DNA from: Phycisphaerae bacterium
GTDB taxonomy: Bacteria > Planctomycetota > Phycisphaerae > UBA1845 > Fen-1342
Direction of reading: 5' to 3'
DNA: 55,553 bases
Assembly: GCA_050115495.1 (NCBI GenBank)
Contig: JASFQK010000043.1
Span: 1-55,553 of the forward strand
How positions within the stretch are numbered: the first letter of the stretch is position 1; each line of letters begins with the position of its first letter. Below are positions 18,436-28,197 of the stretch, piece after piece. The position numbers and the translations under genes were made by a program. A model generated the notes under the pieces. That model was not told the origin of the DNA, ran no database searches, and worked only from the letters and a program-made list of their open reading frames with translations.

Positions 18436-21234
18436 CTACTTCAGCTCGGGCGGCGGCGTCCTCTCGCAATCCTTCGCGCGATGCGTCGACTCGAGCAGCT
18501 CCAGGGCTTCCTGCAACCGATCGATCACGTCCGACTCCACCGAGCCGGCCTTCTCATCCAGCTTCTCGGCCTGTCGCTCGAGCTCCTCGGCGCGACGCTC
18601 CATCCGGCGGACCTGACGTTCCAGGGCGCGGGCCTGGTTTTCGCGCTCCCGCCCCTGGGCGTTGAGCGCCCGGATCAGCGAACGCTCTTCCGAGTCGCTC
18701 GCCTGGTCGAACAGCTTCTCAGCCTGCTCCATCAGCGCCTCAGCCTGCTCGGTGATGGCCTCCGCCTGCGCGACCAGTGAATCGGCCTCGGCCATCAACT
18801 GGTCCGCCCGCTGCCCCAGTCCGTTAGTGAACTGCGCGAGGGCCGAATTCATGGCGGTGAACGTCTCCGGCGAGGTGACGCCGGTCGATTCCCACACTTC
18901 GAGAGCCCTCAGCGCCGGTTCGACGGCCGCCCAGGCTTCCTGGTCGCCCAGCATCCTGGCGGCTTCCTTCGCCTCCGCCGCATACGCCCGCACCTGCTCC
19001 CGCGCCTCTGCCCACTCGGCCTCATCCTCGTCCATTTGCAGGAACGGCGCAGCGGCCTGGTACTCCTGCAACGCCCTCGTCCACGCCCTGCCGTCGACCT
19101 GGCCGCGCGTGGTCGGGTTGATCATCTCGACGAACGCTGCGAAGACGCGGTGCTGCGCCGGCGTGCCACGCACGATGATGCCGCCGTCGAACGGCTCGAC
19201 CATGATGGGCACATCCGACCGGATCATCAGCGCCGTCAGCGCTTCGAGCTTGCCCTCGGGCAGGTGGTAGCTCCGCCCGGTCGTCTCACCGCTGTCCGCT
19301 CCGGACGCGAAGAACTCCGGCAGAGCACGCATCGCTGGCATTTCCGGAAGCTCCGGCATGGGCGGCATAGGCGCGACCGGCGGCACCGGTGGCACCGGCG
19401 GCACCGGCGGGATCGGCGGCACGACGATCGCCCCGTCCATATCCGGCGCGACCCAGGCTCTGCCCCGCACGCTCGTTAGCGCCCGCAGCTCCGCCAACTC
19501 GCGGGCCAGCTCATCCAGCTCGCGCTCCAGTTCAGCCAGTTGCTCTTCGAACTCATCGGGCATGCCACGGCCCGCGGCGACTCCTCTCGACGGCCGGACC
19601 ACAGTCCGCGATCGCCCACCGCCGGCGACGGCCCGCGACCGACCGCCACGGCCGGTTCCGCCAGCCGTAGCCTGCGAACGTCCACCGCCGCGGGTCCGAC
19701 CGGCCACGGCCGGCCCGTGCCCGCTGTCATCGGTTCCGCCGAGAGCGCGCAGCAGCCGGCTGGCCGAGTCCTGCAGCAGTCCGTTGCCATCGTGTGTTGG
19801 CGCTCGTGTCGTGCCGGCGACGGCCGGCGCCGTCGTCGGGTGGTCGCCCGGCGTCGCCCAGGCAGGCATAGCGACCCACCCCACCAGAGCCAGGAACAAG
19901 GCCAGCACCAACCCGGATGCAGACAGACCCGGGCGGGCAGTTCCGGTCATGACCATCGTCAATCTCCTTGCAAAGCGTCTGGCTCCCACTGATGTCACCG
20001 CCATACCGACGGCCGGCGCGGCAGCTCCGCCCCGACCGACGAACGCCTTCGTGTGGAGCAGCGCCTCGGCGTAGGCCCGCCGCCGCTCCGGCATCAACCA
20101 CGTCACCCACGCGTCGCAGCAGAGATCAGCCTCCTCGTGCAAGCGACGCCGAACCCACCAGATCACCGGATGCCACCAGTACACCACGCGCACCAGCAGC
20201 TCGAACCAGCACAGCCAGTGATCCCCGCGGCGCAGATGAGCCAGTTCGTGATAGACGATCGCCTGCCGCCCGACGGGATCGAGCTGCCCCCACAGCCGGG
20301 CCGGCAGCACCAGCCACAGCCGCCGCCCGCACCAGATCAGCGGCGAGACGTCGTCGTGGACCATGAGCACTTCGGGCGCCCGCCGCAGCTTGAGCGAACG
20401 TGCTGCCCGCAGCACCATCCGCCGCACGCTGCGCGGCGCTGCATGTGCCACGCGTAGCCGTCGCCGAAACCGCCACGCCAGCCATACCTGCCACAGCAGC
20501 AGCAATCCGCCGCCCACTCCCCACACCGTCGGCGGCATGCCCGGCAGTTGGGCCACCGCCGCCCGCATCGCCGCCAGTCCGGCCACCCACTGCCCCCACC
20601 ACAGTGCCCAGCGGGCCGGTTCGTCGGCGACTTCGACTTCGACGGCCGCGGGCGGCACGTCCAACTCGCCGCTAGCCAACGGGGCGGCAGCGCTGCCCTC
20701 CGTCGCGGGACGGTCCGCGTCCAGCGACAGACGCGCCGTCCCCAGGCTCCCCTCGATCTGCGGGAATCGGCCACGAGCGGAAAGCAGCTCGGTCGAGCCT
20801 GGTGCCGCGGGGAGCCTTTGCGGCACACGCGGCTCGACCCGAGCCACCGCTTGGGGTGAGACTGTGGCTGATTCACCCGAAGATCGTGGCGGCAACCACG
20901 GCCGCGGTGCCGCCGTTTCCTCCGGCTCGGCGAAAACCGCCGGTGCCGGTTCCTCCTGCACTATTGCGGCGGGCGGCCGGTGCTGCTCCACCACCGAAAC
21001 AGCCGGTGTATCCGGCGTCAGCCAGGCCACCGCATCCTGCGCCCACGTCGGCAGCGGCAGCCGCGGCAGCGCCAACGGCATCACGAACGCCAGCAACACC
21101 GTCAGCCAGAGCACGTGCCGCGTCGCCGGACTCAGCCGCGTACACCGGCACACCACGGCCACCAGCGCCGCCAGCGGAATCACCAGGCAGGCGTTCTGCC
21201 ACAGCGTGTCGGCCGTGAGACTCATCCAGCTCAT
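18436..21234 (-). CDS. BlaR1/MecR1-like M56 metallopeptidase antirepressor with an atypical C-terminus
   Basis: SPATRHVLWL, zinc motif HELAHLRRGD, WWHPVIWW and EEADLCCD. C-terminus has PPV repeats and a coiled coil; no penicillin-binding domain is visible. Confidence 0.9.
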   Translation of the reverse strand: MSWMSLTADTLWQNACLVIPLAALVAVVCRCTRLSPATRHVLWLTVLLAFVMPLALPRLPLPTWAQDAVAWLTPDTPAVSVVEQHRPPAAIVQEEPAPAVFAEPEETAAPRPWLPPRSSGESATVSPQAVARVEPRVPQRLPAAPGSTELLSARGRFPQIEGSLGTARLSLDADRPATEGSAAAPLASGELDVPPAAVEVEVADEPARWALWWGQWVAGLAAMRAAVAQLPGMPPTVWGVGGGLLLLWQVWLAWRFRRRLRVAHAAPRSVRRMVLRAARSLKLRRAPEVLMVHDDVSPLIWCGRRLWLVLPARLWGQLDPVGRQAIVYHELAHLRRGDHWLCWFELLVRVVYWWHPVIWWVRRRLHEEADLCCDAWVTWLMPERRRAYAEALLHTKAFVGRGGAAAPAVGMAVTSVGARRFARRLTMVMTGTARPGLSASGLVLALFLALVGWVAMPAWATPGDHPTTAPAVAGTTRAPTHDGNGLLQDSASRLLRALGGTDDSGHGPAVAGRTRGGGRSQATAGGTGRGGRSRAVAGGGRSRTVVRPSRGVAAGRGMPDEFEEQLAELERELDELARELAELRALTSVRGRAWVAPDMDGAIVVPPIPPVPPVPPVPPVAPMPPMPELPEMPAMRALPEFFASGADSGETTGRSYHLPEGKLEALTALMIRSDVPIMVEPFDGGIIVRGTPAQHRVFAAFVEMINPTTRGQVDGRAWTRALQEYQAAAPFLQMDEDEAEWAEAREQVRAYAAEAKEAARMLGDQEAWAAVEPALRALEVWESTGVTSPETFTAMNSALAQFTNGLGQRADQLMAEADSLVAQAEAITEQAEALMEQAEKLFDQASDSEERSLIRALNAQGRERENQARALERQVRRMERRAEELERQAEKLDEKAGSVESDVIDRLQEALELLESTHRAKDCERTPPPELK

Positions 21235-21265
21235 CGGCTATCTGCCTCCGTGCCACCGGCTACCG

Positions 21266-21649
21266 CTAACCGGGATCCAACTCGTCAATGAGTTTGTGCA
21301 ACTGGGCGATTTCGTCCGGCGTGAGCCGCTCGTGCTTCACCAGGTGCAGCACGAGTTCGCCCGCGGCCCCGTCGTACAACTGATCCAGCAACGTGCGCAA
21401 GCGTGAGCGGCTGAGCCGCTCGCGCGTGACGCGCGCCCGGTAGACGAAGGCGGGCCCGGACTTATCGGACCGCACGAACCCCTTGTGCTCCAGCCGAGTC
21501 AGCACCGTCTGCACTGTTGTATACGCCGGTCGCCGCCCACAGTCGTGCAGATGATTCATCACCGCCCGCACCGTCGACGGCCCAACGTCCCACAGGGCCT
21601 TGAGCACTTCCAGCTCGGCGTCTCCCAGGTCGTGTTCCTTCTGCGACAT
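21266..21649 (-). CDS. BlaI/MecI/CopY-family transcriptional repressor
   Basis: LGDAELEVLKALW...AYTTVQTVLTRLEHKGFV...LTPDEIAQL. Confidence 0.95.
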   Translation of the reverse strand: MSQKEHDLGDAELEVLKALWDVGPSTVRAVMNHLHDCGRRPAYTTVQTVLTRLEHKGFVRSDKSGPAFVYRARVTRERLSRSRLRTLLDQLYDGAAGELVLHLVKHERLTPDEIAQLHKLIDELDPG

Positions 21650-21685
21650 GATCTAATCCGTACTCAGGCCCGCACGCCCACCATA

Positions 21686-21736
21686 CCTCCTACACCTGTC
21701 GTAGGATAGCCTACTACGGCTGTCGGAGGGAGTCAA
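21686..21736 (-). promoter_or_regulatory. Sigma70-type promoter overlapped by two palindromic BlaI-type operators
   Basis: Minus strand TTGACT-N17-TAGGCT. Operators CCTCCTACACCTGTCGTAGG (21686-21705) and CCTACTACGGCTGTCGGAGG (21710-21729). Confidence 0.7.
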
Positions 21737-21789
21737 CCCGCGTCTACGATTTTTGACAAGTCACGCCCCTGTTCGCCAGCCATCCCAGC

Positions 21790-23265
21790 TCATGCCCAGG
21801 CTTGCGCGCAGCGCTCGTACGCCGCCGACCACGCCGGCGTTTCCTGCGGCTCGTAGTTGCATAGCTCCGTTGACGCCGCCACCACCGCCCGCATCTCCGC
21901 CAGTGAACCCACCCGCCCCTGGGCCCGGGCCTGAACCAGCACGTTTCCGGCGGCGGCCGCCTCCGCCGGGCCGGCCACGACCGGCCGCCCGGTGGCGTTT
22001 GCCAGACACTGCATTAGCAGGTCGTTCCGCGCGCCCCCGCCCACCACATGCAACCGCTCCACCCGACGTCGCAGTAACTGCTCCAGCGTCCGCAGCACGT
22101 GCCAGCACTTCAACGCCACGCTCTCCAGGGCGCAACGCACCACCTCGCCGGGCGACTCCGGCACCGGCTGCCCGCCCTCCGCACATACCTGCCGGATGCG
22201 GGCCGGCATGTCCCCGGGCTCGGCCAGCCGCGGCGAGTCCGGGTCGACCAGCGACCGCAGCGTCGGCGCCTGCCGGGCCAGCCCCACCAGTTCCTCGTGC
22301 GTGTACGTCTGACCCTGCGCAGCCCAGTTCCGCCGGCACTCCTGCACCAGCCACAACCCGGTCACGTTCCGCAGGAACCGGACCGTCCCGTCCACGCCCG
22401 CCTCGTTGGTGAACCCCGCCGCACACGCCCCCGGCGTGACCAGCGGTTCGGGCAGCTCGATGCCGACCGGTGCCCACGTGCCGCAACTGACGTACGCCCA
22501 GTCTGTCCCGGTCGCCGGCACCGCCACCACTGCCGCCGCCGTATCGTGACTGGCCGTCCGCACCATGACCGCCCGGTCCTGCCCGGTTTCCGCCGCCACA
22601 TCGGGCAGCAGCGGCCCGGCGGACGCCCCGGTCGGCCCCACCGCCGGCAGGATCCGCCCCGGCAGGTCAAACGCCGCCAGCAGCTCCTCCGACCACGCTC
22701 CGCTGTGGGCGTCGAGAATCTGCGACGTGCTGGCGATGGTCCGCTCGGTGCCGGGCTCGCCAGTGAGCCAGTAGGTCATCAGGTCCGGCATGAACAGCAG
22801 CGTTTCCGCCGCCTCGAACAGCCGGGCCGGCCGGCCGGCCATGGCCAGCAGTTGATACAGCGTATTGAACGGCAGGAACTGGATGCCGGTGATCTCGTAA
22901 ATGCGCTCGCGCGGCACGCGCTGAAACGCCCGGGCCATCACGCCGTTGTTCCCGGGGTCACGGTAGTGCCGTGGCGTGGAGAGCAGCTCGCCGCCCGGGG
23001 CGAGCAGGCCGAAGTCGATCCCCCACGTGTCGATGCCGGCGGCTTCGAGCTTGATACCTTCGGCGGTGCAGCGGGCGAGCCCGGTCTTGACCTCGCGCAG
23101 CAGGCGCAGCGCGTCCCAATGCAGCGCCCCGCGCACGGCGATGGGCCCGTTCTCGAACCGGTGCATCTCGGTCAGGTGCAGCCGTCCGCCGTCGAACCGC
23201 CCACACACCGCCCGCCCGCCGGACGCGCCGAGGTCAAACGCCAGGTAATCCGCCGTCGCCGCCAT
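21790..23265 (-). CDS. rhaB: Rhamnulokinase (FGGY family)
   Basis: YLAFDLGASGGR, IDTWGIDF, TGIQFLPFNTLYQL, SHDTAAA and FTNEAG; directly downstream of the rhamnose isomerase. Alternative start at 23274. Confidence 0.92.
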   Translation of the reverse strand: MAATADYLAFDLGASGGRAVCGRFDGGRLHLTEMHRFENGPIAVRGALHWDALRLLREVKTGLARCTAEGIKLEAAGIDTWGIDFGLLAPGGELLSTPRHYRDPGNNGVMARAFQRVPRERIYEITGIQFLPFNTLYQLLAMAGRPARLFEAAETLLFMPDLMTYWLTGEPGTERTIASTSQILDAHSGAWSEELLAAFDLPGRILPAVGPTGASAGPLLPDVAAETGQDRAVMVRTASHDTAAAVVAVPATGTDWAYVSCGTWAPVGIELPEPLVTPGACAAGFTNEAGVDGTVRFLRNVTGLWLVQECRRNWAAQGQTYTHEELVGLARQAPTLRSLVDPDSPRLAEPGDMPARIRQVCAEGGQPVPESPGEVVRCALESVALKCWHVLRTLEQLLRRRVERLHVVGGGARNDLLMQCLANATGRPVVAGPAEAAAAGNVLVQARAQGRVGSLAEMRAVVAASTELCNYEPQETPAWSAAYERCAQAWA

Positions 23266-23287
23266 GCTGCTCACCCTCGCCTACACC

Positions 23288-23319
23288 GTAGCGTCGGCCC
23301 CCCGTGGCCGACGTCGAAC
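23288..23319 (+). repeat. GTAG-type REP hairpin
   Basis: GTAGCGTCGGCCCCCCGTGGCCGACGTCGA; further copies at 28112, 52497 and 53046. Confidence 0.8.
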
Positions 23320-23336
23320 GCCAAGCGACACCCGCC

Positions 23337-24533
23337 CTATGCGTATCCCTCCCCACCGCCGCCCTGGCTCGCCTGCCGCTCACGCGCCGCCCGCTCGGCG
23401 TAGCCGCTCTCGCGAAACGCCAGCAGCGGGTCCGGCGGCAGCTTCCTGTTCCGCCGATACTCCGCCAGCCACGGCCGCACATCGATCGTGTACGCGTCCT
23501 TCAGGATCCGCTCGCTCAGCACGATGTCATCCGCCGCCTGCGCCCGCGCCAGCCCCTCGTAATCCACGAGCAGCGCCTTGGCGAAATGCTCCTGCGCCGT
23601 CAGCACCGTCTGGATCATCGCCTCGATCTTCGGCTTAAGGTTATGCGACTGGTCGACCATGTACGCGATCGCCGGCCGCTGCCCCGCCGCCCGCTCCGCC
23701 GCCACGATCTGGTGGAAGATGCGGAAGAGTTGATACGGATCGATGCTGCCCATGGTCAGGTCGTCGTCCGCGTACTTGCGGTCGTTGAAGTGAAAGCCGC
23801 CCAGCATCCCCTCATCGAGCAGAAACGCAACGATATGCTCGATGTTCGCGCCGGGCAGGTGGTGCCCGGTATCGACGAGCACGCGGGCCTGCGGGCCGGC
23901 GTGCCGGGCGAACGACCAAGCCATGCCCCAGTCCGCCACGTCCGTGTGGTACATCGCCGGCTCGAACGGCTTGTACTCGATCAGCAGCGTCATCCCCACC
24001 GGCAGCGCCGCATGGATCGCCCGCAGCTCCTCTTCGAGCCACCGCTTCCGCGCCCCCAGGTCCGCCTGCCCGGGGTAGTTCGTCCCGTCGGCGAGCCACA
24101 GGCTGAGCACGTCCGACCCGACGTCCCGCCCGATGGCGATGCTGTCGAGCACGTGCTGCCGGGCCCGCCGGCGAATCGCCGGATCGCGATGCGTCAGCGA
24201 GCCGTACTTGTAGCACTGCTCCTGGAACAGGTTCGGATTGATCGACCCGATCTTCACGCCCTTCTCGGTGGCGAGCCGGGCCACCGCCGCCGGCGTCAGG
24301 TCGGCCGTGAAATCCCACAGCACGTGCACGGCGACGCTCGGGCAGCAGCCGGTGTACCGGTGCACCTCACCGGCGTCGGCCAGCTTCTCCGCGATCGTCC
24401 GCGCCGCCGCGTCCTGAAGAAACTTGCCAAACCGCGTCCCCGTATTCGCATATCCCCACGAAGGTGTCTCGATCTCGAAGGCGTCCACCTGCCGGGCAAG
24501 CTGCGCTTCGTCCACGTGTTGCGGCAACGCCAT
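23337..24533 (-). CDS. rhaI: L-rhamnose isomerase (RhaI type)
   Basis: IETPSWGYANTGTRF, YKYGSLTH, WLADGTNYPGQ, EYKPFEP, DTGHH, GGFHFNDRKYADDDL and DQSHNLK. Confidence 0.92.
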   Translation of the reverse strand: MALPQHVDEAQLARQVDAFEIETPSWGYANTGTRFGKFLQDAAARTIAEKLADAGEVHRYTGCCPSVAVHVLWDFTADLTPAAVARLATEKGVKIGSINPNLFQEQCYKYGSLTHRDPAIRRRARQHVLDSIAIGRDVGSDVLSLWLADGTNYPGQADLGARKRWLEEELRAIHAALPVGMTLLIEYKPFEPAMYHTDVADWGMAWSFARHAGPQARVLVDTGHHLPGANIEHIVAFLLDEGMLGGFHFNDRKYADDDLTMGSIDPYQLFRIFHQIVAAERAAGQRPAIAYMVDQSHNLKPKIEAMIQTVLTAQEHFAKALLVDYEGLARAQAADDIVLSERILKDAYTIDVRPWLAEYRRNRKLPPDPLLAFRESGYAERAARERQASQGGGGEGYA

Positions 24534-24699
24534 ACCTGTCTCCTGTCAACGAAGCTAAGGCCACATTTCGCCTGCATTATGCGCCAATCTTCGACCGGCC
24601 GGTATCGCCCCGCCCGTTTACACAACGCCGTCGGCGAGCTATATCGACGGCACGTCGCCCGAACGTCGGCGATTGACCACTCCCCGATGGAGACGACCC

Positions 24700-27600
24700 A
24701 TGACGCGGCTTGTATTGCTCGCGCTGCTGGCCGGCAGCCCGACGGAGGTGATAGCGACCATGTCCGCTCACGACGCGACCGGCACGCCGCCGGCTCCGAC
24801 CTATCTGCGTTGCGAATACCTGGTGAACCCGCTCGGCGTGGACGAAACGGCCCCGCGGCTATCGTGGGTGAATACTGACCCGCGCCGCGGTGCCGCCCAG
24901 ACCGCGTACCAGATCCTCGTCGCCGACGATCCCGACCAGCTCGCCGCCGGCACGGGCAACCTGTGGGACACGGGCAAAACCGCCTCGGGTGAATCGCTGC
25001 ACATCACGTACGCCGGCGCTCCGCTGGCGTCACGTGTCGCCGTCTGGTGGCAGGTGCGCATCTGGGATCAGGATGACCAGCCGTCGCCGTGGTCCGCCCC
25101 GGCCCGCTGGACGATGGGCCTGCTGAACGAACAGAACTGGCAGGCGAAGTGGATCGGCGACGACGTCACGCCGCCGCCGATGCAGCTCCCGCGTAACGGC
25201 TACCACAGCGAAGTCGCCGCGACGCCCGACGCCGGCAAGTGGCTCCAGATCGACCTCGGCGCACCCGCGACGATCGACGCGGTGCGGCTGTTCCCGGCCC
25301 GCCCGTACAACTGGCGGGAAGACGCCCCCGGCTTCCTCTTCCCGCAGCGTTTCCGCGTCGAGGTCTCGGCCAACGCCGACATGAGCCAGGCCACGACGAT
25401 CGTCGACCAGACCGCCGACGACATCGCCAACCCCGGCACCGAGCCACAGACGTACGGCTGCCCGCCGACGACGGGCCGTTACGTCCGCCTGTTCGTCACG
25501 ACGCTGCGACAGCGCGATCCGAACGAGTTCGGCCTCGCCCTGGCCGAGATGCAGGTCCTCGCCGCCGGCCAGAACGTCGCCGCCGGCAAGCCGGTCACCG
25601 CCTCCGACAACGTCGAGCATCACGGCTGGTCGACGCGCTACCTGGTTGACGACGATCTCGTTTCGCACGGTCCCGGCAACGTCGACCCGCTCACGCCGCC
25701 GCTGCTGCGTAAGACCTTCGCCGTCGCCGGCGACGCCCCCATCCGCCGGGCGACGCTCTACGCCACCGCCCTGGGCCTGTACGAGACCCGAATCAACGGC
25801 CAGCGCGTCGGCGACCGCATGCTCGCCCCCGAGTGGACCGACTATCACCAGCGCGTCCAGTACCAGACCTACGACGTCACGAAGCTGCTGCGCCCCGGCG
25901 ACAACGTCATCGGCGCCCTGCTCGGCGACGGCTGGTACGCCGGCCGCATCGGCCTGGCCTTCATCGTGCCCGACGGCCCGCCGCGCGCCCTGTACGGCCG
26001 GCAACCGCGCTTCCTCGCCCAGCTCGAAATCGAACGCGCCGACGGCTCCATTGAGACGATCGCCACCGACGAATCGTGGCGCTTCACCAGCGACGGCCCC
26101 ATCCGCACCGCCGACATCCTCGACGGCGAAACGTACGACGCCCGGCTCGACCCCGCCGGCTGGGATGCCCCCGGCTTCGACGATGCCGCCTGGCGTCCAG
26201 CAAGCGTCTTCACGCCCGAGGTTGGCCGGCTCGTCGCCCAGCCGAACGAACCCATCCGCATCCTGCACGAGATTCACCCGATCAGTGTCCGCGAACAGGC
26301 GCCCGGCACGTACATCTTCGATCTCGGCCAGAACATGGTCGGCTGGTGCCGCCTGCGCGTCCGCGGCGCCGCCGGCGACGAGTTCACGCTCCGCCACGCC
26401 GAAGTCCTCAACCCCGACGGCACGCTCTACACCGCCAACCTGCGCAGCGCCGCCCAGACCGACCGTTTCATCCTCCGCGGCGACGGCCTGGAAACGTTCA
26501 CGCCGCACTTCACCTATCACGGCTTCCGCTACGTCTCCGTCGAGGGTCTGTCCAAACCGCCGACCGACGAGACGCTCACCGGCCTTGTGCTGCACTCATC
26601 CTCTCCCGAAGTCGGCGAGTTCGCCTGCTCCGATCCCATGCTCAACAAGCTCCGCGAGAACATCCTCTGGACGCAGCGGGCCAACCTGTACAGCGCGCCG
26701 ACCGACTGCCCGCAGCGCGACGAGCGCCTCGGCTGGATGGGCGACATCCTCGCCTTCGCCCAGACCGGCTGCTTCAACATGGATCTCGCCGCCTTCTTCA
26801 ACAAGTGGCTGGCCGATGTCCGCGATGCCCAGACCGCCGACGGCCGCTTCCCCGACTTCGCCCCGCACCCCTACGATCCCGCGGCCCGCTTCTCCGGCGT
26901 TCCGGCCTGGGGCGACGCCGGCGTCTTCGTCCCCTGGTGCGCATGGCTGAACTACGGCGACCGCCGGCTGCTCGCCGAGCACTTCGACGCCGCCCGCCGT
27001 TGGGTTGACTGGATCGAAAGCCAGAATCCCGACCTACTCTGGACCCGCCAGCGCCACCACGACTACGGCGACTGGCTCAACGCCGACACACTGCGGCTCG
27101 AAAACTGGCCCCGTCACGGCGCCGAGATGCCGAAAGAAGTCTTCGCGACGGCCTTCTTCGCCCGTTCGACGCAAATCGTCGCCGACATGGCCGCCGTGCT
27201 CGGGCGTGACGACCTTGCCAAACACTACGCCGCTCTCGCCGGTGACATCCGGGCGGCGTTCAACCAGGCCTACGTCGACGCCGACGGTCACATCAAGGGC
27301 GACACACAGGCCGGCTACGCCATCGCCCTGCACTTCGACCTGCTGCCCGAAGCTCTGCGGCCCGCGGCAACCCGTTACATGCTCGCCGGCTTCGACCGGT
27401 ATGAAGGTCTCATCTCCACCGGCTTCCACAGCACGATCTGCCTGATGAACGAGCTCACCCGCCGCGAGCACACCGATCGCGCCTACCAGCTCATCAACGA
27501 GCGGCGGATGCCGTCGTGGGGCTACGCCATCGACCACGGGGCCACCACCGTCTGGGAGCGCTGGGACGGTTACGTCGAGGGCCGCGGCTTCCAGGACCCC

Positions 27601-28008
27601 GGCATGAACTCGTTCTCGCACTACGCGATCGGCTCGGTCGGCGAGTGGATGGTGCGCACCATCATCGGCATCAACCCCGACCCCGCTGCGCCGGCGTACA
27701 AACACACGCTCATCCGCCCGGTCCCCGGCGGCGGACTGACCTGGGCCCGCGGCGCCTATGACTCCGCCTACGGCCGCATCACCTGCGCGTGGCGCATCGA
27801 CCGCGGGAACCTGTCCCTCGACGTCACTATCCCCGCCAACACGACTGCCACAATCCGCGTGCCGACGGCGGACCCCGCCGGCGTCACTGAAAACGGCCAG
27901 CCGCTCGCCGCCGGCAACGGTATCGGCGCCGTGCGGCCCGCCGACGGTGCGGTCGAATGCGACGTCGCCGCCGGCGTCTACCACTTCCAGGCTCCCTGGA
28001 ACGACTGA
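24700..28008 (+). CDS. Secreted alpha-L-rhamnosidase, GH78, with an inserted F5/8 (discoidin)-like domain
   Basis: LRCEYLVNPLG, FDLGQNMVGW, FTYHGFRY, PTDCPQRDERLGWMGD, GATTVWERW and MNSFSHY. Confidence 0.93.
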   Translation: MTRLVLLALLAGSPTEVIATMSAHDATGTPPAPTYLRCEYLVNPLGVDETAPRLSWVNTDPRRGAAQTAYQILVADDPDQLAAGTGNLWDTGKTASGESLHITYAGAPLASRVAVWWQVRIWDQDDQPSPWSAPARWTMGLLNEQNWQAKWIGDDVTPPPMQLPRNGYHSEVAATPDAGKWLQIDLGAPATIDAVRLFPARPYNWREDAPGFLFPQRFRVEVSANADMSQATTIVDQTADDIANPGTEPQTYGCPPTTGRYVRLFVTTLRQRDPNEFGLALAEMQVLAAGQNVAAGKPVTASDNVEHHGWSTRYLVDDDLVSHGPGNVDPLTPPLLRKTFAVAGDAPIRRATLYATALGLYETRINGQRVGDRMLAPEWTDYHQRVQYQTYDVTKLLRPGDNVIGALLGDGWYAGRIGLAFIVPDGPPRALYGRQPRFLAQLEIERADGSIETIATDESWRFTSDGPIRTADILDGETYDARLDPAGWDAPGFDDAAWRPASVFTPEVGRLVAQPNEPIRILHEIHPISVREQAPGTYIFDLGQNMVGWCRLRVRGAAGDEFTLRHAEVLNPDGTLYTANLRSAAQTDRFILRGDGLETFTPHFTYHGFRYVSVEGLSKPPTDETLTGLVLHSSSPEVGEFACSDPMLNKLRENILWTQRANLYSAPTDCPQRDERLGWMGDILAFAQTGCFNMDLAAFFNKWLADVRDAQTADGRFPDFAPHPYDPAARFSGVPAWGDAGVFVPWCAWLNYGDRRLLAEHFDAARRWVDWIESQNPDLLWTRQRHHDYGDWLNADTLRLENWPRHGAEMPKEVFATAFFARSTQIVADMAAVLGRDDLAKHYAALAGDIRAAFNQAYVDADGHIKGDTQAGYAIALHFDLLPEALRPAATRYMLAGFDRYEGLISTGFHSTICLMNELTRREHTDRAYQLINERRMPSWGYAIDHGATTVWERWDGYVEGRGFQDPGMNSFSHYAIGSVGEWMVRTIIGINPDPAAPAYKHTLIRPVPGGGLTWARGAYDSAYGRITCAWRIDRGNLSLDVTIPANTTATIRVPTADPAGVTENGQPLAAGNGIGAVRPADGAVECDVAAGVYHFQAPWND

Positions 28009-28111
28009 CGCCCGCTACACACAAACCGACATCCAGCCAACCGCTCACCGTGCTACAATGCCGGTGAGCGGCTTCGCCAATGTAGCGTTCGCCCCCGCGG
28101 TCACCGCCTCT

Positions 28112-28143
28112 GTAGCGTTGGCCCCCCGTGGCCAACGTCGAAC
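28112..28143 (+). repeat. GTAG-type REP hairpin variant (degenerate partner at 28082)
   Basis: GTAGCGTTGGCCCCCCGTGGCCAACGTCGAAC. Confidence 0.8.
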
Positions 28144-28197
28144 ACCAGGAACTGCACGACGCGGCCGCACAGGTCAACTCGCCGGAAGGAACAGGAC

